Assembly: GCA_964270895.1 (NCBI GenBank)
Contig: OZ185435.1
Direction: 5' to 3' (one strand)
From: Podarcis filfolensis
Taxonomy: Eukaryota
DNA: 64,000 nucleotides
Part shown: positions 1-13,986 of the stretch, one piece after another
How positions within the stretch are numbered: the stretch's first letter is position 1
Layout: the number at the start of each line of letters is the position of its first letter
Notes under the pieces: generated by a model
The model's database searches: none
The model's input: only the letters and a program-made list of their open reading frames with translations
Told to the model about the DNA's origin: nothing
Translations under genes and position numbers: made by a program

Positions 1-389
1 AACAGTTAGAGCTATGGAGTCAAAATTATTCGAGCTTGTGAACATGCTGCTTTTCCTTACTCTAAATTATTTAGTTCTAAATATTTCAAGGGAAACATGG
101 TGTTAGGTGTTCCTTCTTCCCACTTGCTGATTTACTCATTCAAGTCTTCCTCCCCACTAACACCGCCCACCCGCCCCCATCCAACTGTTGTGGGGCAAAT
201 GTGGGGTTGAAAATCCAGGTTTGCCAAGAAAGAAGGCTTACAGTATTTCCATACAAAGTTAGAAGCAGTCTTCTTTGGCCTTCCAGACGGTATCCTGATC
301 CTTATCACTGTGGCTTATAGGAGAACACCAAAGGAGTAAAAGTGCAGCTGAACATATTTTGGAAGCAAGTGTGGTGAACTGGTTAAGAA

Positions 390-531
390 TGTGAGCTGTA
401 ATTTATGTGGTGGTTCCCTGCTTGTGGAGTGCTCTCCTCAGGGAGGCTCACTTGGCACCTTCATTGCATAGTTTTAGGTGCCAGGCCTCTTTTCCTAGGG
501 GTCTGGCTAATTAAGCAATCTTTGGAACTAT

Positions 532-587
<56 letters not shown>

Positions 588-702
588 TGTGCAATTGTTT
601 GTTACTGTGTTATGTATTTTTGTGATTTTATATTGTAATCCACCCTGTGGTCCTCAGATGAAGGGTGATATAGAAATTTAATAAATAATAAATAACAATA
701 AA
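390..702 (+). mobile_element. L2-like LINE 3' end fragment, containing a microsatellite
   Basis: Degenerate VVxPCLWSAL, the L2 C-terminal xxAPxLWNxLP motif, at about 407-437. It is followed by a lizard L2-type 3' UTR (tgtaatccaccctgtggtcctcagatgaagggtgatatagaaat) and an (AATA)-rich tail. Confidence 0.6.
535..591. repeat. Compound microsatellite (CT)18(GT)10
   Basis: Read directly from the sequence. Confidence 0.95.
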
Positions 703-1124
703 TCAGGCCCTGATCAATCAAATATAACAATGGGGATCACCACATAGACTTAGGTAAGACACCATTTGTCATCCTCAAATCTACAACACTGCAACCATAA
801 CAAGGATTTTGAAAGGATTACTGAGATACTGTATGTGAAGCACTTTGAACACCAATAAAAAAACACTACGAAGATGTTAAGCATCCTTGAAGCAATAATT
901 GCATACTGCATACTCTCCGAATACACAAGGTCCCCCTCCCCCAAGATATACCCCCAAAACTTGCAACTATTGAGCCAATGGCCAAATCGTTCTAGCAACC
1001 TTCTGGAGACTTTTTGGAGCTGGTGGCAAAAGCGATTAAGGTGAAGGTAACATACTGAGCGTCACCAGCGCCTGCCACTGAAGTCATTATGATATTGCTT
1101 ATCGTCTGAGGTCAGGCAGCTGAT

Positions 1125-1290
1125 GGCTGGATAAATGGTATCCAATTATGGAATGCTTTTCCCAGGGCTGCTCACCTGGCATGCTTTCTGTTAAGTTTTA
1201 GGCACCAAGTTAACACTTTTTTTTTTTTTTAATGCCCTGACTTTCAATTGAGCATTTTTAGTGATATTTTAGTGTCTGCAGTGCTAAGAT
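1125..1290 (+). mobile_element. Degraded L2-like 3' fragment
   Basis: caattatggaatgcttttcccagg encodes QLWNAFPR. The downstream sequence resembles the 390-702 copy (gctcacctggca...ttttaggcacca). Confidence 0.45.
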
Positions 1291-1900
1291 TTTTATATAA
1301 GAAACCTACAAGATATATGCAGTGGAAGCAAGTTATGAGACGTACAGAGGCAGCCAGATGGAAATTCAGTTAAGTAGTATTTTTATAAACTGGGCCAGAT
1401 CCCAGAGTTCATACTCATTCCGATCCTCTGGGGACACATCTGCATTGCAGTTTCCCGTGCTCATAGCTCAGTGCTTTAGCACTAAATCTGACGAGTGGGA
1501 AGTGAAGAACGCAGGCTCCGGTGAGTTGCAGAGGCTAGGTGTCCATTAGGTAACCTATCAAATATGGCCAAGCAGACGCACCACTAGGCTGCTCGATTTG
1601 TACATATTTCATTTATAACCCAGTCAGTACTTTTACAGCACATCATTAATACTAAGACCTAGATGATAATCCCTTGGGCTGGAAGTACATTTACATTAGT
1701 AGAGTGTGGTGTCTTTCCGACTGCCTGGAAACATATTTTTACACAACCACAGCTCATTCCTGTTTGTTTCTTCTTCTGTTGCCAAGGTGAGAAAAGGAGA
1801 TACAAATCAGACACAAAATCTGGAAAGATTTTATCAGCTAACCACTGCACTGACAAGAGCATCTTTCTCCTTAGATATCTCTTGTATCATGGGAAAGAAC

Positions 1901-2036
1901 CAGGGCTTTTGTTCAGCCGGAACTCAGTGGAACTCAGTTAAGGCACCTCTCTGGTGGGCGCCATTGCCATTATAAGAGAACAAGGGAGGCATTCATGGTG
2001 AGTTCTGGCACCTCTTTTTCTAGAAAAATAGCACTG
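1901..2036. mobile_element. hAT-type MITE with 8-bp TSD
   Basis: Termini are CAGGGCTTTT...AATAGCACTG (imperfect TIR). A perfect 8-bp TSD GAAAGAAC lies at 1893-1900 and 2037-2044. Confidence 0.85.
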
Positions 2037-2781
2037 GAAAGAACGAAATGTCTTTCTGGATGGAAAGGTTCACATTATCCCTGTTAAGTATTTTCTATGA
2101 CTCAAGTTTATTCCCATCACAGTTCAGTTTCCCCCCAGTTTAAGGTGTTACAGCTACTTGTTGTTGTAAATGCGGATTTCTCTGCTGCCTGTCTTAGAGT
2201 CAGCAAGTTCAGGTGCATCTCTTGCTGACATTCTTTGCTTTTCTAAGTCACTTTTTTGTTTGTTTTCCTTCTCAGGTTCTTCCACCATCACCGCTAAGGT
2301 CCTAGTCCAGCTCTCTGACTACTACACCACACTGTCTCTTTCTTTCTCTGTGTAATCTAAAACAGAGTTCATGTCCTGCTGAACTCTCACCTGCACTAGA
2401 GCAGCTGCCTTCATGGGGCTCCTCTTCAATTCAGTAACTCCAGAACAACCAGGCAACTTATTTGTTCTCTCTTATTCATTCTCACCCACCCACCCTCTCT
2501 CACACACACTCTCACAAATTTTCCTTCTGTAGTTTCAATGCCTACTTATTACCACTGTGATCTCCACCCCCTCTTTCACCCCATATTATTGAGTAAACAG
2601 CTGTTTCAGACTAAGTTATGAGGATACTTTGGTCTGGGAAACCTTTTTAAAAAGGTCCCAGGTCTCTCTCACACATATTTATATTTTTAGCTCCCAGCTA
2701 AATGAAATTACAGTGCTAAACAGTGCAGAAATAAGGAAGGACCCCCCCCAAATGAAAATTCACTACTACCTCTCAAGTGGT

Positions 2782-2840
2782 ACACTACTTAGGAACATTA
2801 TCAATTGAAGGACACTACTTAGGAACATTATCAATTGAAG
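2782..2840. repeat. Exact tandem duplication, period 30
   Basis: acactacttaggaacattatcaattgaag occurs at 2782-2810 and 2812-2840. Confidence 0.95.
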
Positions 2841-4702
2841 TCAATTGAGCAATTTACATGGCTAAGCTATAAAACACTGATTATGAGACGCAGTTTGAGG
2901 ATCTGTCTGTAATTTTGCATCATCTGATAAGAAATTGATGATAGTCATCAATCTTCAAGTTCCTTCTGCCATCTTCACCCCTGCCACCACAAGCAGGATC
3001 CAAAAGCACTGCAACCATGGACACTGTTTAGCACCTATCAGTCAGCATGGATAATGCCAGACCCTCAAAGGATTTAGGAATGTCGGCTATTTGTTTTGAG
3101 GGAAAACCTTCCCCCCACACCATGGCCCCACATAACATAATGCAATATAGCTGGAGGTTCAACCAGCTATATCTTCCTGAAAACAAAATAAACCTGAATG
3201 CGGATGGAAGAGCTTTCTGACTGACAAAGTAAAGGGCTCTGATTTTCAGGCTTGGCATAGTAGCACTGGAAGGTAGCCTGAACAAAGCGAATTCTAAGAC
3301 AGAACAATGCAGAATGGCAAGCACTGCAGTCAAAATATGTTCCTTCCACCCTAAACTGTTACACTGTTATTTATCTGTTCAGTTATATAGTTCTTACTAC
3401 ACACTATCAAGTGGTAGCGTTATGTTAAGAAGATGATGATGACAGAAGAATAACTTAGCAGCTTGTACAGAACAAAATGTCAATGTGAAACAGAAATAGA
3501 AAGGTAAAATCAAATGCTCTTTGACACTTTTGCTGAATCCTGATTAAAACCTCTGTGTGAGGAAATTAGTAGAGCAAGCGACAGATCAATGTTCAAAGGT
3601 ATTTACAATGTTCATGAGTATGCTTTGAAAGCTACAGTTGTTAGTTGCAACATACCCTTAATGGCTGCCAAAACTGGTTCACACAAGAAAATGTTTGCTC
3701 AATGGTGCAACTAAATGCAGCGCTTGAGACACAGCTATCACACCGTGAAATCAGCACACGCCACAGGAATAATAGAGATTTTGTAAAGAACAGGACCTCA
3801 AGGAAGGGCCCCTCCAGATGTCCTTTTTCACTGCACATTCATGACGATTCATGCTAATGAAGCTATTGGGGCAGTCATATGTAATCTCAGATTCAATACT
3901 GTTTCACACAGCTTTATTCACTGTTTGCATCTGCTATAACGGCCTGCTGAAAGCCCACAACTTATACTACTACTAATGTCCTGATTTAGTTTTGCTTGGC
4001 TTTAGTTGTGCTATAAGCCCTCTAGACAGCAACACAGTGGTAGCATTGGAGAAGCATTGCAGACCAAATTTATGCAGAAAATATCCACCAGCGATGTGTC
4101 AAAAACATAAAGCACCATTTTGGAAGGGCCCTAAATAAGGCTAGAACTCACCAGGAAATTTCAGCTCAGTATCAATTTTCATATCTATATTCTGGAGAAG
4201 ATAGAATGTTTTAACTAGGGGATCAGCCATTGCAGAACGTAAGAAGTTCCTAACTTAAATACAATTTGCACAATAGTGTCTTCATATGGTTACTTGCACC
4301 TGCATACAAGTATCATTCTGATTAAGAATCATCATGTGCTGATTGAGATGGGTGAATATGGGCATTACAGGGAAGTTCGAAAATTACTGAATCTCAAAGT
4401 ACTAGATAAGTACTTTGATAGAGGGGAACCTACTCAGCTGTGTGAGCTGAGAGGTTTTTGAGGATTTCCGCCTTAGAAAGATCATGCTCAGAATAGTTGG
4501 TGCTTATGACTAATTAAGGCTAGTTGGAGCAGATGAGTATTAGCTGCAAACTTTAAGAGACTTCTGGTTATACTCTTTAAGATGGAGGTTGGGGTTTAAA
4601 CTGATACCTGAAAGCTAGCAGGACCCCCAACCCCATGCAAACCAACTCTAAAGATTTGCATATTTGTTTTTATGTCAGTGCACACACATATTTGCCATCC
4701 AG

Positions 4703-5270
4703 AAATGAAAGGATTGGTCAATTTCAATTCTCCAGGTTTCTCATTTTTCCAACCTTAAATTCAGTTCTTGACGTTTCTGCAAGAATTTGCAATTTTAAAA
4801 AAATAATTCTCATGAAAATTCTTCAACACTTTGGTGCAAATTTCTCCCAATAAAACAATTTTTTAATGTAGTTTTGACTAATGTGCACATTTTTACAAGC
4901 ATTTCATCCTGATATAATGCATTATGTACTTTATTTTCATGATCTGGGATAGCTCAGTTGGTAGAGCATGATTCTCTTAATCTCAGGGTCATGGGTTCAA
5001 GAAAAGATTCCAGCATAGCAGAGGGTTGGACTAGATGACCCTCATGTACAGTTTTATGATTTTATGAATATATTCAATTTTATGCGCACTTTCCTCTGAT
5101 ATATGTGTCTTCGTAAGCATCATTTGGTCGGACAGCCACATCACAAAATTCAGATAAGTGTGAATGCTGAAGAATGGCTGGTTTGGGTTCTCATATTGTT
5201 TCAGGAAGTGTGAATTTGATATATTTGGCTTTAAATGCAAACCAAATTGAATTTCTCCTATTGCCATCTG
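4703..5270. mobile_element. Degraded AT-rich non-autonomous lizard interspersed element, interrupted by a SINE
   Basis: 4703-4930 (gtcaatttcaattctccaggtttctcatttttccaaccttaaattcagttc...) and about 5155-5270 (gaagtgtgaatttgatatatttggctttaaatgcaaacc...) match, from memory, the two halves of a common lacertid repeat. Not database-verified. Confidence 0.5.
4946..5067 (+). mobile_element. tRNA-Lys-derived SINE with CR1-like 3' tail (internally deleted copy)
   Basis: Head gggatagctcagttggtagagcatgattctcttaatctcagggtcatgggttcaag resembles tRNA-Lys(CTT) and carries A/B boxes. It is followed by gggttggactagatgaccctc and a degenerate (ATTCTATG)-type tail. Confidence 0.8.
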
Positions 5271-6454
5271 TAAGTTAACATTGTGAGGTTTGTATGGACC
5301 CTTGCTACTCTGTTCTATGGTGGCCATTTCAATCATCTATAAATTTATATGTGCATGTGCTTACACAATTAACACTAAAGCTATTTGAAAAGTTTCTGCC
5401 ACTTAACAGGTTGGTTATCAGTAAGCTTCTGACTGAAGTTGAATAAGGAGTCTGTGATCCTCTGACCTGTTTCTTCCTTGAATCTAAGTTATTTTACCCA
5501 GACACCATCCCAGCATTCCAAGTATTAGACGCTTTCAGCTCTCATCAGTTGGAATTGGTGTTGCTCAGCACTTCTGAAAATCACACAATGGTTCAATATA
5601 CCAGTGACTATCAGGACTTATTGTCCCTTGAGTAAAATATTGACTCCAATTTCCCCTCAGCAAATACCTCAGTCTCCAAGTCAGTAAATCTTGATATCCC
5701 CCTCAAGAAAAGTCAATATCTTCTTATTATATTAGAAGTAACCGATGACTGAATCAGATGGTTAGCAATGGAACACTGAAGAAAGCTTTTAGACCATTCC
5801 TTTCAAAATGGGGATGAATTTAATACTTGACCATTCCTTCCAAGATGATTGTGGCCATATGTGTTAAAGTACCAGGAGAAAAGAAATATAGAGACTAAAG
5901 GGAAACCCCACTATAAAATACAGCCAGTGCTAAATAATCAAGTTCTTTAGAAGAGCTGGCTGACACGCTTTGATTTACTGAAGCACTAGGTCGGGTGGCA
6001 AGAAAGTTTAGATATTAAACGCTACTACCAAGACTCTCCAACTGAGGTTTTCACTTTGTAGGATTTGTTATATCCACTTTACTCTTTCCCCCAAGTGTTC
6101 AGAGTTCACAATCAGGCAGCTGTTAGCATGAAGTGATTCTGTAATGTCTCTCTTCTTTTGTTACACCAGGGTCCATGTGGAGCTCAGGTGATTTTTTAAA
6201 AGAATCTGAACTTGGGTCAGCACAGCTCTCACAGTCAAACTCATAAGCTCAGGCTGCACGGAAATAATAGAGACAGCTGTTTTGATATTTCATGACTTGG
6301 GCAGGTGCTGGCTCCCCTTTAGCAAGGAGGGGGGAAGCAAGCTATAAAAATGAAATCCAGACTCATGACTCCGAGGCCACTTCTGTAAAGACTTAGCCAG
6401 TGATCCTGTACAAGTCAGTTGCCAAGCCTTTGAGGGTGCTACTTCCCCCTAGAT

Positions 6455-6589
6455 CAGTGGTGGCCAAACTTGGCCCTACAGCTGTTTTAGGACTACAATT
6501 CCCATCATCCCTGGCCACTGGTCCTGTTAGCTAGGGTGAAGGGAGTTGTAGTCCAAAAACAGCTGGAGGGCCAAGTTTGGCCACCACTG
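6455..6589. mobile_element. hAT (Buster/Charlie-type) MITE, near-palindromic
   Basis: 23-bp perfect TIR CAGTGGTGGCCAAACTTGGCCCT, perfect TSD CCCTAGAT (6447-6454 and 6590-6597), and internal ggactacaattcccatcatcc core. Confidence 0.92.
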
Positions 6590-6663
6590 CCCTAGATCAT
6601 ATCCTTTTAAATAGCTAGATGGCAATGTAGAAAACTTTCTTTCCTAACTAGCACACATCCTGC

Positions 6664-6665
<2 letters not shown>

Positions 6666-6720
<55 letters not shown>
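6666..6720. repeat. (TA)27 microsatellite
   Basis: Read directly from the sequence. Confidence 0.95.
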
Positions 6721-6723
<3 letters not shown>

Positions 6724-8367
6724 ATCTCGATACAAGCAAACCATGCAATCCAAACACAAATACAAAAGAGGAATGCCAAAAGTGGGTGTGTTATATTAAT
6801 GTAAAAATGGAAAAGGGCTGCCAATTTTGTCAGGCACTCCAATACATTTCAAACAATTTCCACTCAGTTTCAAACCTATTAATACACTCCAGGCTTACAC
6901 TAATCCAAATAAAACTTGTTAATTGTATTTTCATTTATTTTCAGTTTCTGTTCTTGCAGAATGTCTTTGGCTTAATTCACCAAAGCATCACATCCAGAAC
7001 AAATCCTTAGATTGCAATCCTCTGCATACCTAACTGGGAATAAATTCCATTGAACTCTATCTGGTTTACATGTGAGTTATCAAATGTATAATCAACAGAA
7101 AAGCCCCCCCCCCCCCCGCTGCAATATAATACAGGATTTGGCTTTTTTCATGCACTTTCATGAAGCTGAGCTCAGATAACCACAGCATCCCTCCTTGTCA
7201 GAAATGACATGGTTTTTAAGCTGACCACTCACTCTCCCCATCCCTTATTATCCTTGTAAAGTTACCAGTCCACAATATGCATTCTTGTTTGGAAGGATTT
7301 GCTGTGCCTAATGCATTAGTCACCAAGCTAACAGCAAAGGAGTCAATGATCAGACATGCTTCCCACTCACAAACCTACCTATCTTTTTATAATATGTACC
7401 ACAACTGTACATTAAAATGTACCTCATTTCAGAGCATCTCCGTTTCATCAAACTTACCGGTACATCTTTGGTTTCCTAAAGCTCCCATTTTGGGCAGTTT
7501 ATCATTATGAAAGTGCTAGGTGAAGCATTTACAAAGGCTGTTTCACCTGGGCTGGCTCCAAGCATATTGTGTGAACAGATAACAGAGGTCAGCACAAGTA
7601 ACTGGGAATATAGCTCTCTGCAAAACATTCCCACAAAGTCCTACACACTTTCAGGTCTTGAAAACCTTAAAGAAAGTTGCAGCTCTCTGTACAGAGTTTT
7701 GCTTTATTTCCCTGTCTGAACATCTCACCATTTCTCTAATTTCAAAGAGTTTTGCTCTTGTTTATTCCCCAGCTGAGGGCCTGACCAGCCATAACTTTCC
7801 TGCCTAGAAAGTCAACACATTACAGAGGGGGTCAGTGTTAGGTTCACACAAACTATCTCCCAACCCTCCTCCCTATGCATAAAGGAGGGGGAGTAGTGAC
7901 ATATCAAGTTTATCTGTATCTCATGATCACCAGGATCCAAGATTCATCCCCCCCTCCACCCAGACTATCTGATGCATACATTTGCCTACACCTCAAGATG
8001 GATTAGGCTGCCAATCAACTTGAATCATGCCCATGTTTACCCTTCCATACATTACAGGCTAGAGCCCTAGATAACTTTATGAATATTGCATTTAGATACT
8101 TCAAATTTAGGAGATATAATGTATATCCACCAATGAGGGTTATAATGCATTCATGTTCTCTAAGAGGGTGACAGGCTAGCATTGACTAGATGGTGAGAGA
8201 TGCTGAAATCAAAAGATTAATAATTCTTAGGGGCTTTTTTGTAGGGATGGGTTGGTTAGATGTTTTCTAACTTTCTCATGACTACTTATGGTTCCCCAAA
8301 CCACACAATCCTGGGGAAACTCACCTTCCCCACAAAACATTTTTGCAGCTGGAAACATGCATGATTA

Positions 8368-8368
<1 letters not shown>

Positions 8369-8402
<34 letters not shown>
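8369..8402. repeat. (TG)17 microsatellite
   Basis: Read directly from the sequence. Confidence 0.95.
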
Positions 8403-8406
<4 letters not shown>

Positions 8407-8689
8407 TAAAAAAATCTCTTTTCACAGCTCAATAGGTACAAAACACAGAAAGGCACTCAGAAGTATTAAAAAGGTCTGTTAAGTTTCTGTAACTGAATCA
8501 TCAAACATTTAGGTAGGTAGGAGAAACCCTTACAAATTGCTATAGAAGAGAAGTTTATTCTAACTTGTAAGTCCAAAAGCAGAGACCAAACACTAAAGAA
8601 CCCTATTGTATGAGGCTGCTTGCCAGTCATCTACCTAGCCTAGTACCGTTTACCGTGGCAGTGAATTCTGAGCTCAGAGACAGGTGGAG

Positions 8690-8788
8690 GTCCTTCCCAG
8701 AACGCAGAGCCAAGATGTTTAAATGAGAAACACTGGAGATTGAATCTGAGACTTTCTGCATGCAAGGAAGTTGCTGTCCCTTGGAGCT
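8690..8788 (-). mobile_element. Degraded tRNA-derived SINE head (Squam2-like)
   Basis: The reverse complement reads agctccaagggacagcaacttccttgcatgcagaaagtctcagattcaatctccag, resembling the Squam2-like head ...ttgcatgcagaaggtcccaggttcaatc. Confidence 0.5.
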
Positions 8789-11700
8789 TGATCTGCTTCC
8801 TTATCCTTTCGGGATAAGTGTCCTTGGGCAAGTCACAGTCACAATTTCCCTTTGTAAAATGGCTTGAAGATGCTATAGAAATAATTACATTAAACGAACT
8901 CTTATAGTTCTGCTTTTCTTGTTTTCTCTTCCAGCTCATCTGATTTTCTAAATTCTCTTAAGCGACTTGTCTCTAGATATGGTCCAATGGGCTGTTAAAT
9001 ATTCAGAGATAGGTACCTCTGTTCAAATTGGGAGGTGAAACAAAAAGAAAATGATTTCTTAAAAACATCAAAACACACTGAAACGAGCTCTCTCTCAGTC
9101 CCGCCATTCCACTCCAAAGTGAAACCTTCGTGACTACAATTCATTCATATTTATAATACTAAACGGTTTTATTTCCTGTAACTCTCATGGTTGGTTTTTT
9201 TTTTTAATCATCTGCTTACAATGTGTTAAAGCACTGGCATCCTTCCACAGAGTTTAAAATGAGCTGGTGTAATTAAATGTGAAAATATGGGATAAAATAT
9301 TCTCTGAGTGATTGTTCATTTCAATAAACTCCAGGTCTCTAATTAGTAGCAGCAGGAGTTATGAGACCCTAAAGCTTTGTGTGAACAACAGGCTCCCAGC
9401 CTGTAAACCACACTGCTGCTCCAATCTGGTGCAGTGCTAAATGTTTTCAAAGGGTAAATGGTATGAGTGTGTGCGTGTGGGGAGAAAATATGCCTCCCAT
9501 TAAAGTGCTAGAAAGTAAGCAGCTCACTTCTCGCTGCCACTGAGCAACAATGTTATAGCTGCTGGCACCTTTCTTCCTACTCGGAAGGCAAGAGACACAA
9601 CCTTTTCCATCACACTCTGTTCCGAGCTTCACTTTCAACACAGCAGAATCTTCCTGAAGAATTCCCTTGGAGACCACACTGCAGACTTCAGCTGCACTTA
9701 TCAGTTGACTCCAGAGGCTGAATATGAATAGTTTTTTTTTTTCTAAAATATTGACAGATCTAAAAACACTAATGATTTCTTGTATCTATTATGCGACTGC
9801 GAATACTTCCAACAGGAACCAAGGCAAAAAATAGCACTAGAGATTTACTGTAACTAGTGGTTGCATGCTATTTGGTGCTGAGCGAAAGGCACAAAGCATT
9901 CTGCACCTTCCAGAGTGGAAGACAGGATCATATCCTGTGTGCAGGCTGATTGCCCTATATAGAAGAATTAATCTTTGATTATATGGAAGATCTCAAGGCA
10001 GCAATGTGGTGTACTTTATGCATGCTTTTAAAATGATAAATGACCAACTCTCTAAAACCTTTTTATTTATTTATTTTAAAAAAGAAAGCTAGGTTCCTCA
10101 GTTTTATTATCAGGAAAAATATTTCATCCAAAGTGGTTTGGGCCTTTGAAATGCACACAGGGGAATGCTATTCTCATCAACGTTTCAGACCCAAAACAAA
10201 GTGTTTTGCTGTGCTGCTGCAATTCCTAACCTAAGAAGCAGACTTATTAGTGGGAAATCTGTTGAACATTTATGCATTTCCTGCTGATTCAAGAATCTTT
10301 AGATACTATCGTTTCTGCTTCCTCCATATAGGAAGGCAACCATGGCAAATTTAAAAGGAGATAAAAAGTTAAAGAGAGATAGATAAAGCTATAATCTCTG
10401 TGATTTTGTACATTTGGCTAAACTTTAAGGATGTGCTCAGCAACAGAAAGTGAAGAAAAATAGTGATGATGGTAGAGTCTGGACACCTCTAAGTTATGCA
10501 GTAATACTTTTTTGGATTTAAAGAGGGACAACTGGGACATATATAAATGTATTCACACTTTCTGATATTAGCCAGCCAGGCAGGCAGCCAGACAACCACA
10601 TACCCCTTCATTCTGTACCCTCCTACAAGTTTCCTTATTTTCTTTTCCAACTTACACTCAACATTATTCAGCTACTGAGCATGCTCAGTCCTCCCTCTCT
10701 CTATATTAATGTTTCCTTCCCCTGAGAAGCCTTCCCTCTTGTTCCTGGTTTTGGCTACAATCCTGTCAACACTCTCAGCTAAGAGATTACTGTCACGGGT
10801 GGGGAGATTGTTTGTGTGAGCGAGGGGTGCTTTGTGGTGAAGAACAACATCAGAGAGACCCTCCTCAACTAAACAATAAATATCAATACAGATTGCATCA
10901 CCAACCTGAGCCTTTGTAGATGTCCATGTTAGCAAGTCGTGACAAGCAAAAAGGAGAGAAAATTATATATTCATTAGTTTTGTTGTTGCAGGAGAATACT
11001 GAAAGAGCACAAACCCCGTTTCAAACTATAGTGTCTATAACACAAGGTTTGTATTTGATTCCTGAAACGCCCTATCTTTGTTCTTTTCTTTAAAAAAAAT
11101 TATTATTCTAGATACACATCCAGTGTAAACTATTGTGAATGAAATGACTAAGTAAATGAATGAATTGCATTGTTAACCTTTATTATTACAGCATAATAGA
11201 TAGGTACTGAAAATCAAAGATGCTTTATGGACAGGACGATGCCGAATACCCTGAAATTGAGGATTATCAATTACTTCAGACACTGATCCTTGCAGAAACA
11301 TAAATTTAAACTGGGTATCAGTTCGTGACTGGCATAAATGCATATTTGTGTGCTTGGGTGACATACATACATACATACTCACACAGCCAGATACATTATG
11401 TGTTGGCAGCCTCCATCATATGGTACTCAATCTCTATAAATTGCTAAGCAATCTCCAAAGTAGTAGAATTACAAGGATTTAATATTTCAAGTATTCTTGA
11501 AAGATCATCTTGAACTACATTTGTAAGTCTTCTCAAACTTCTACTACTTGAAGAAAATGTTGGAACAGTGTACAAACATAAACAATGTTTTATTTTTCGC
11601 TTATTAAGCACATGCAAAGCATTAAATCCCTATTCCAGATGTCCAAAGCAGTTTCCCAGTGCTTTGTTTCTACAAGACCCTGGGTGTTTCTGAACATCAC

Positions 11701-13888
11701 ACCAGCTTTCTGAAGAGCATCCCGAGAAGCATTTTGTGATGTGCTCTATAGCACATTAACCTCTTTGTAATATTTCTGCACATTAGGAACTTGCTTGACA
11801 GAATAGAAGTGGAAGCAGAGGAAGTAAGGAGCTATGAAGACTCAGGAGATAATAGATCTCTAAGAAACGATGAAAGAGGATAGTAGGGAAAGGCAGATGG
11901 AGAGCAGGATGAAAAACATGTGAAGCTGGTCAACTCAAGAGTGGCTGGATAAGTGAGGAAGAGAAATGTGTGAAGGAAAAGCAACGTGAACAAAATATCA
12001 GCGATAGAAAGAGGATTTTAAGGCAGCACTAGTGCAATAAAGCTACTAAGGTAAATGCTCAGTGAGAGCTTTCAATTTTGAGAGCCATGTTGAAATCTAA
12101 GGAAGTGCTACTACAGGAAAGAACACAAGAACAGAAGAGAGAGAAAGGCAGAGCACAGTACCATCATATTTTAGCATCTAAGGCACATCTCCATGGGGCT
12201 TTCTTTGGGAAGCAGATGGGTTCATTCTGTACATCTCTTTCCTGAAGCCCACATATGTTGATTTATTGTTTGTTGGTTAAGCCAACAGGATTGGTAGCAC
12301 TGTGTTTTCCAAGTACAGGTGTGCAGCAGTACTATGGGCTGCCATATTTTTGGGCTGTTGGTGGACTTTTCTTAAATCCTACTTTACTTTTCAATTACTT
12401 AATAGGAAACAGGAGTTCCATGCATAGGTGTCCCTGAACGAGAAAAGCTGCTCTCTTGGAGCCCATTGCTACTGGAGTCCCCTCAATGAACACCCGCACT
12501 TAATTACCGTAATATGTTCCTGTCCTAAAATGACTTCTTCAATCTGGGGACTTTGCTAAAAAGAATCAACAAATGTTTGTCAGCAACATGCTAAATATCC
12601 ATTCTCTGGAAGCTTAATGCACAGTTTCAGCACATACCCTGGTATCTTAACCACTGGCCAGCTGCTGTTAAGCACCAGCAGTCAAGTAGAAGCACTTTCC
12701 TTCCTTCCTAATCTCAAGTGGGGATGGGACAAATGTGCAGGGTTCTTTGTTGTGTAATTACTATAATTAGCTGGTCCATTACCGCAGCTCCTTTAGGTCA
12801 AAGGCTCTAACTCCAGAGAAGTACTAAATGCTGTTGATAGTCAGCTTGGGGGATGTTAAAGCAAGAGTGCTTACAAATAGAGGAGTTTGACAAGTTTCAA
12901 AGAAAATAGTTTAGTAGTAATCAAATAAAAACATTGTGGGTTAGATAAACCATGGAAGAGTATTCTCACAAGATTGTGTCAATGTAGCTTGAAGAAATTA
13001 GCTCCTTTTTAAACCCACAATTAGATTTGGGGTGCTTCCCCCCCCCCCAAGAAGAGTACAGCAAAGTCCCAGTGACATCCATAGGTTGGGATCCAGTGTT
13101 TTGGGATGACAAAATAACAACTCTGCATGGTCATGTAGCCAGAATGGTAGAATATAAGTACACAAAAATTTTGAAGGGCAATGAATGCCTATCCAAGAGA
13201 CAACAAATCTGTTTAGGCCACATATGCCGGTGACTTCAACACATGATGACGCCTCAAACAATAGGTCAAGTAACAATGCTACCTTGGTAATTTCACCAGT
13301 ACAGCACTTTCTACCCAGGTATTATTAAGAGCATCCTCCTCTCCCCCATCACAGCCCTGTAATTGTTAGGAGGAAATACTGCTTCTTTATACTAATAGAT
13401 TGGTATATCAACCTATATTACTTTCAAGCTAGCAGAATAAAGAATAATTCCAAAAGCTTTAATAGCAGTCTAGTAGCCACAGCAGCACATATTCAAGCTG
13501 TATTCTGAGGTTGCTGCAATCTGACAAATAATGGGTTCTCTTGGACAGTTCCATTGTTAAGAGAACTCAATGGCACCTGAATGAGAATTAAGCACAAAGG
13601 GAGCTTCATTCTACCAACTGTGCTAAGTAGAAGCTGGTTGTGCTTCCTATCTTAAGCCGCTCTGCACAGAACATATTAAACAAAAATTCCCGAAAGAAGG
13701 GGGGAGGGCAGAAAAACATCTCCACGTCTTGCAGTGCCTATGATTGTAGCATTTTACACATTAAGCTGCGTGTAAGGTTAAGGTTAACAGAGTGTTGGTA
13801 GCATTTAGCCCTTGTCTCCTCCAAATTACACCCTCCCTTTTCAGCTGTTCAATAGTGAATGGGGTTTTGAAGCTTGAGTGCAGCCAGC

Positions 13889-13986
13889 AACATAGGAAGC
13901 AGCCTTAGACGAGGCCAGACTATCTGCCTAATCCAGTTTTATCTGCTCCGATTGGCAGCAACTCTCTGGAGTCTTGGGCAAGCATT
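13889..13986 (-). mobile_element. Squam2-like SINE 3' fragment
   Basis: aacataggaagcagcctt...ttggcagcaactctctggag is the reverse complement of the ggcagcttcctatgtt tail also seen at about 30978. Confidence 0.5.
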
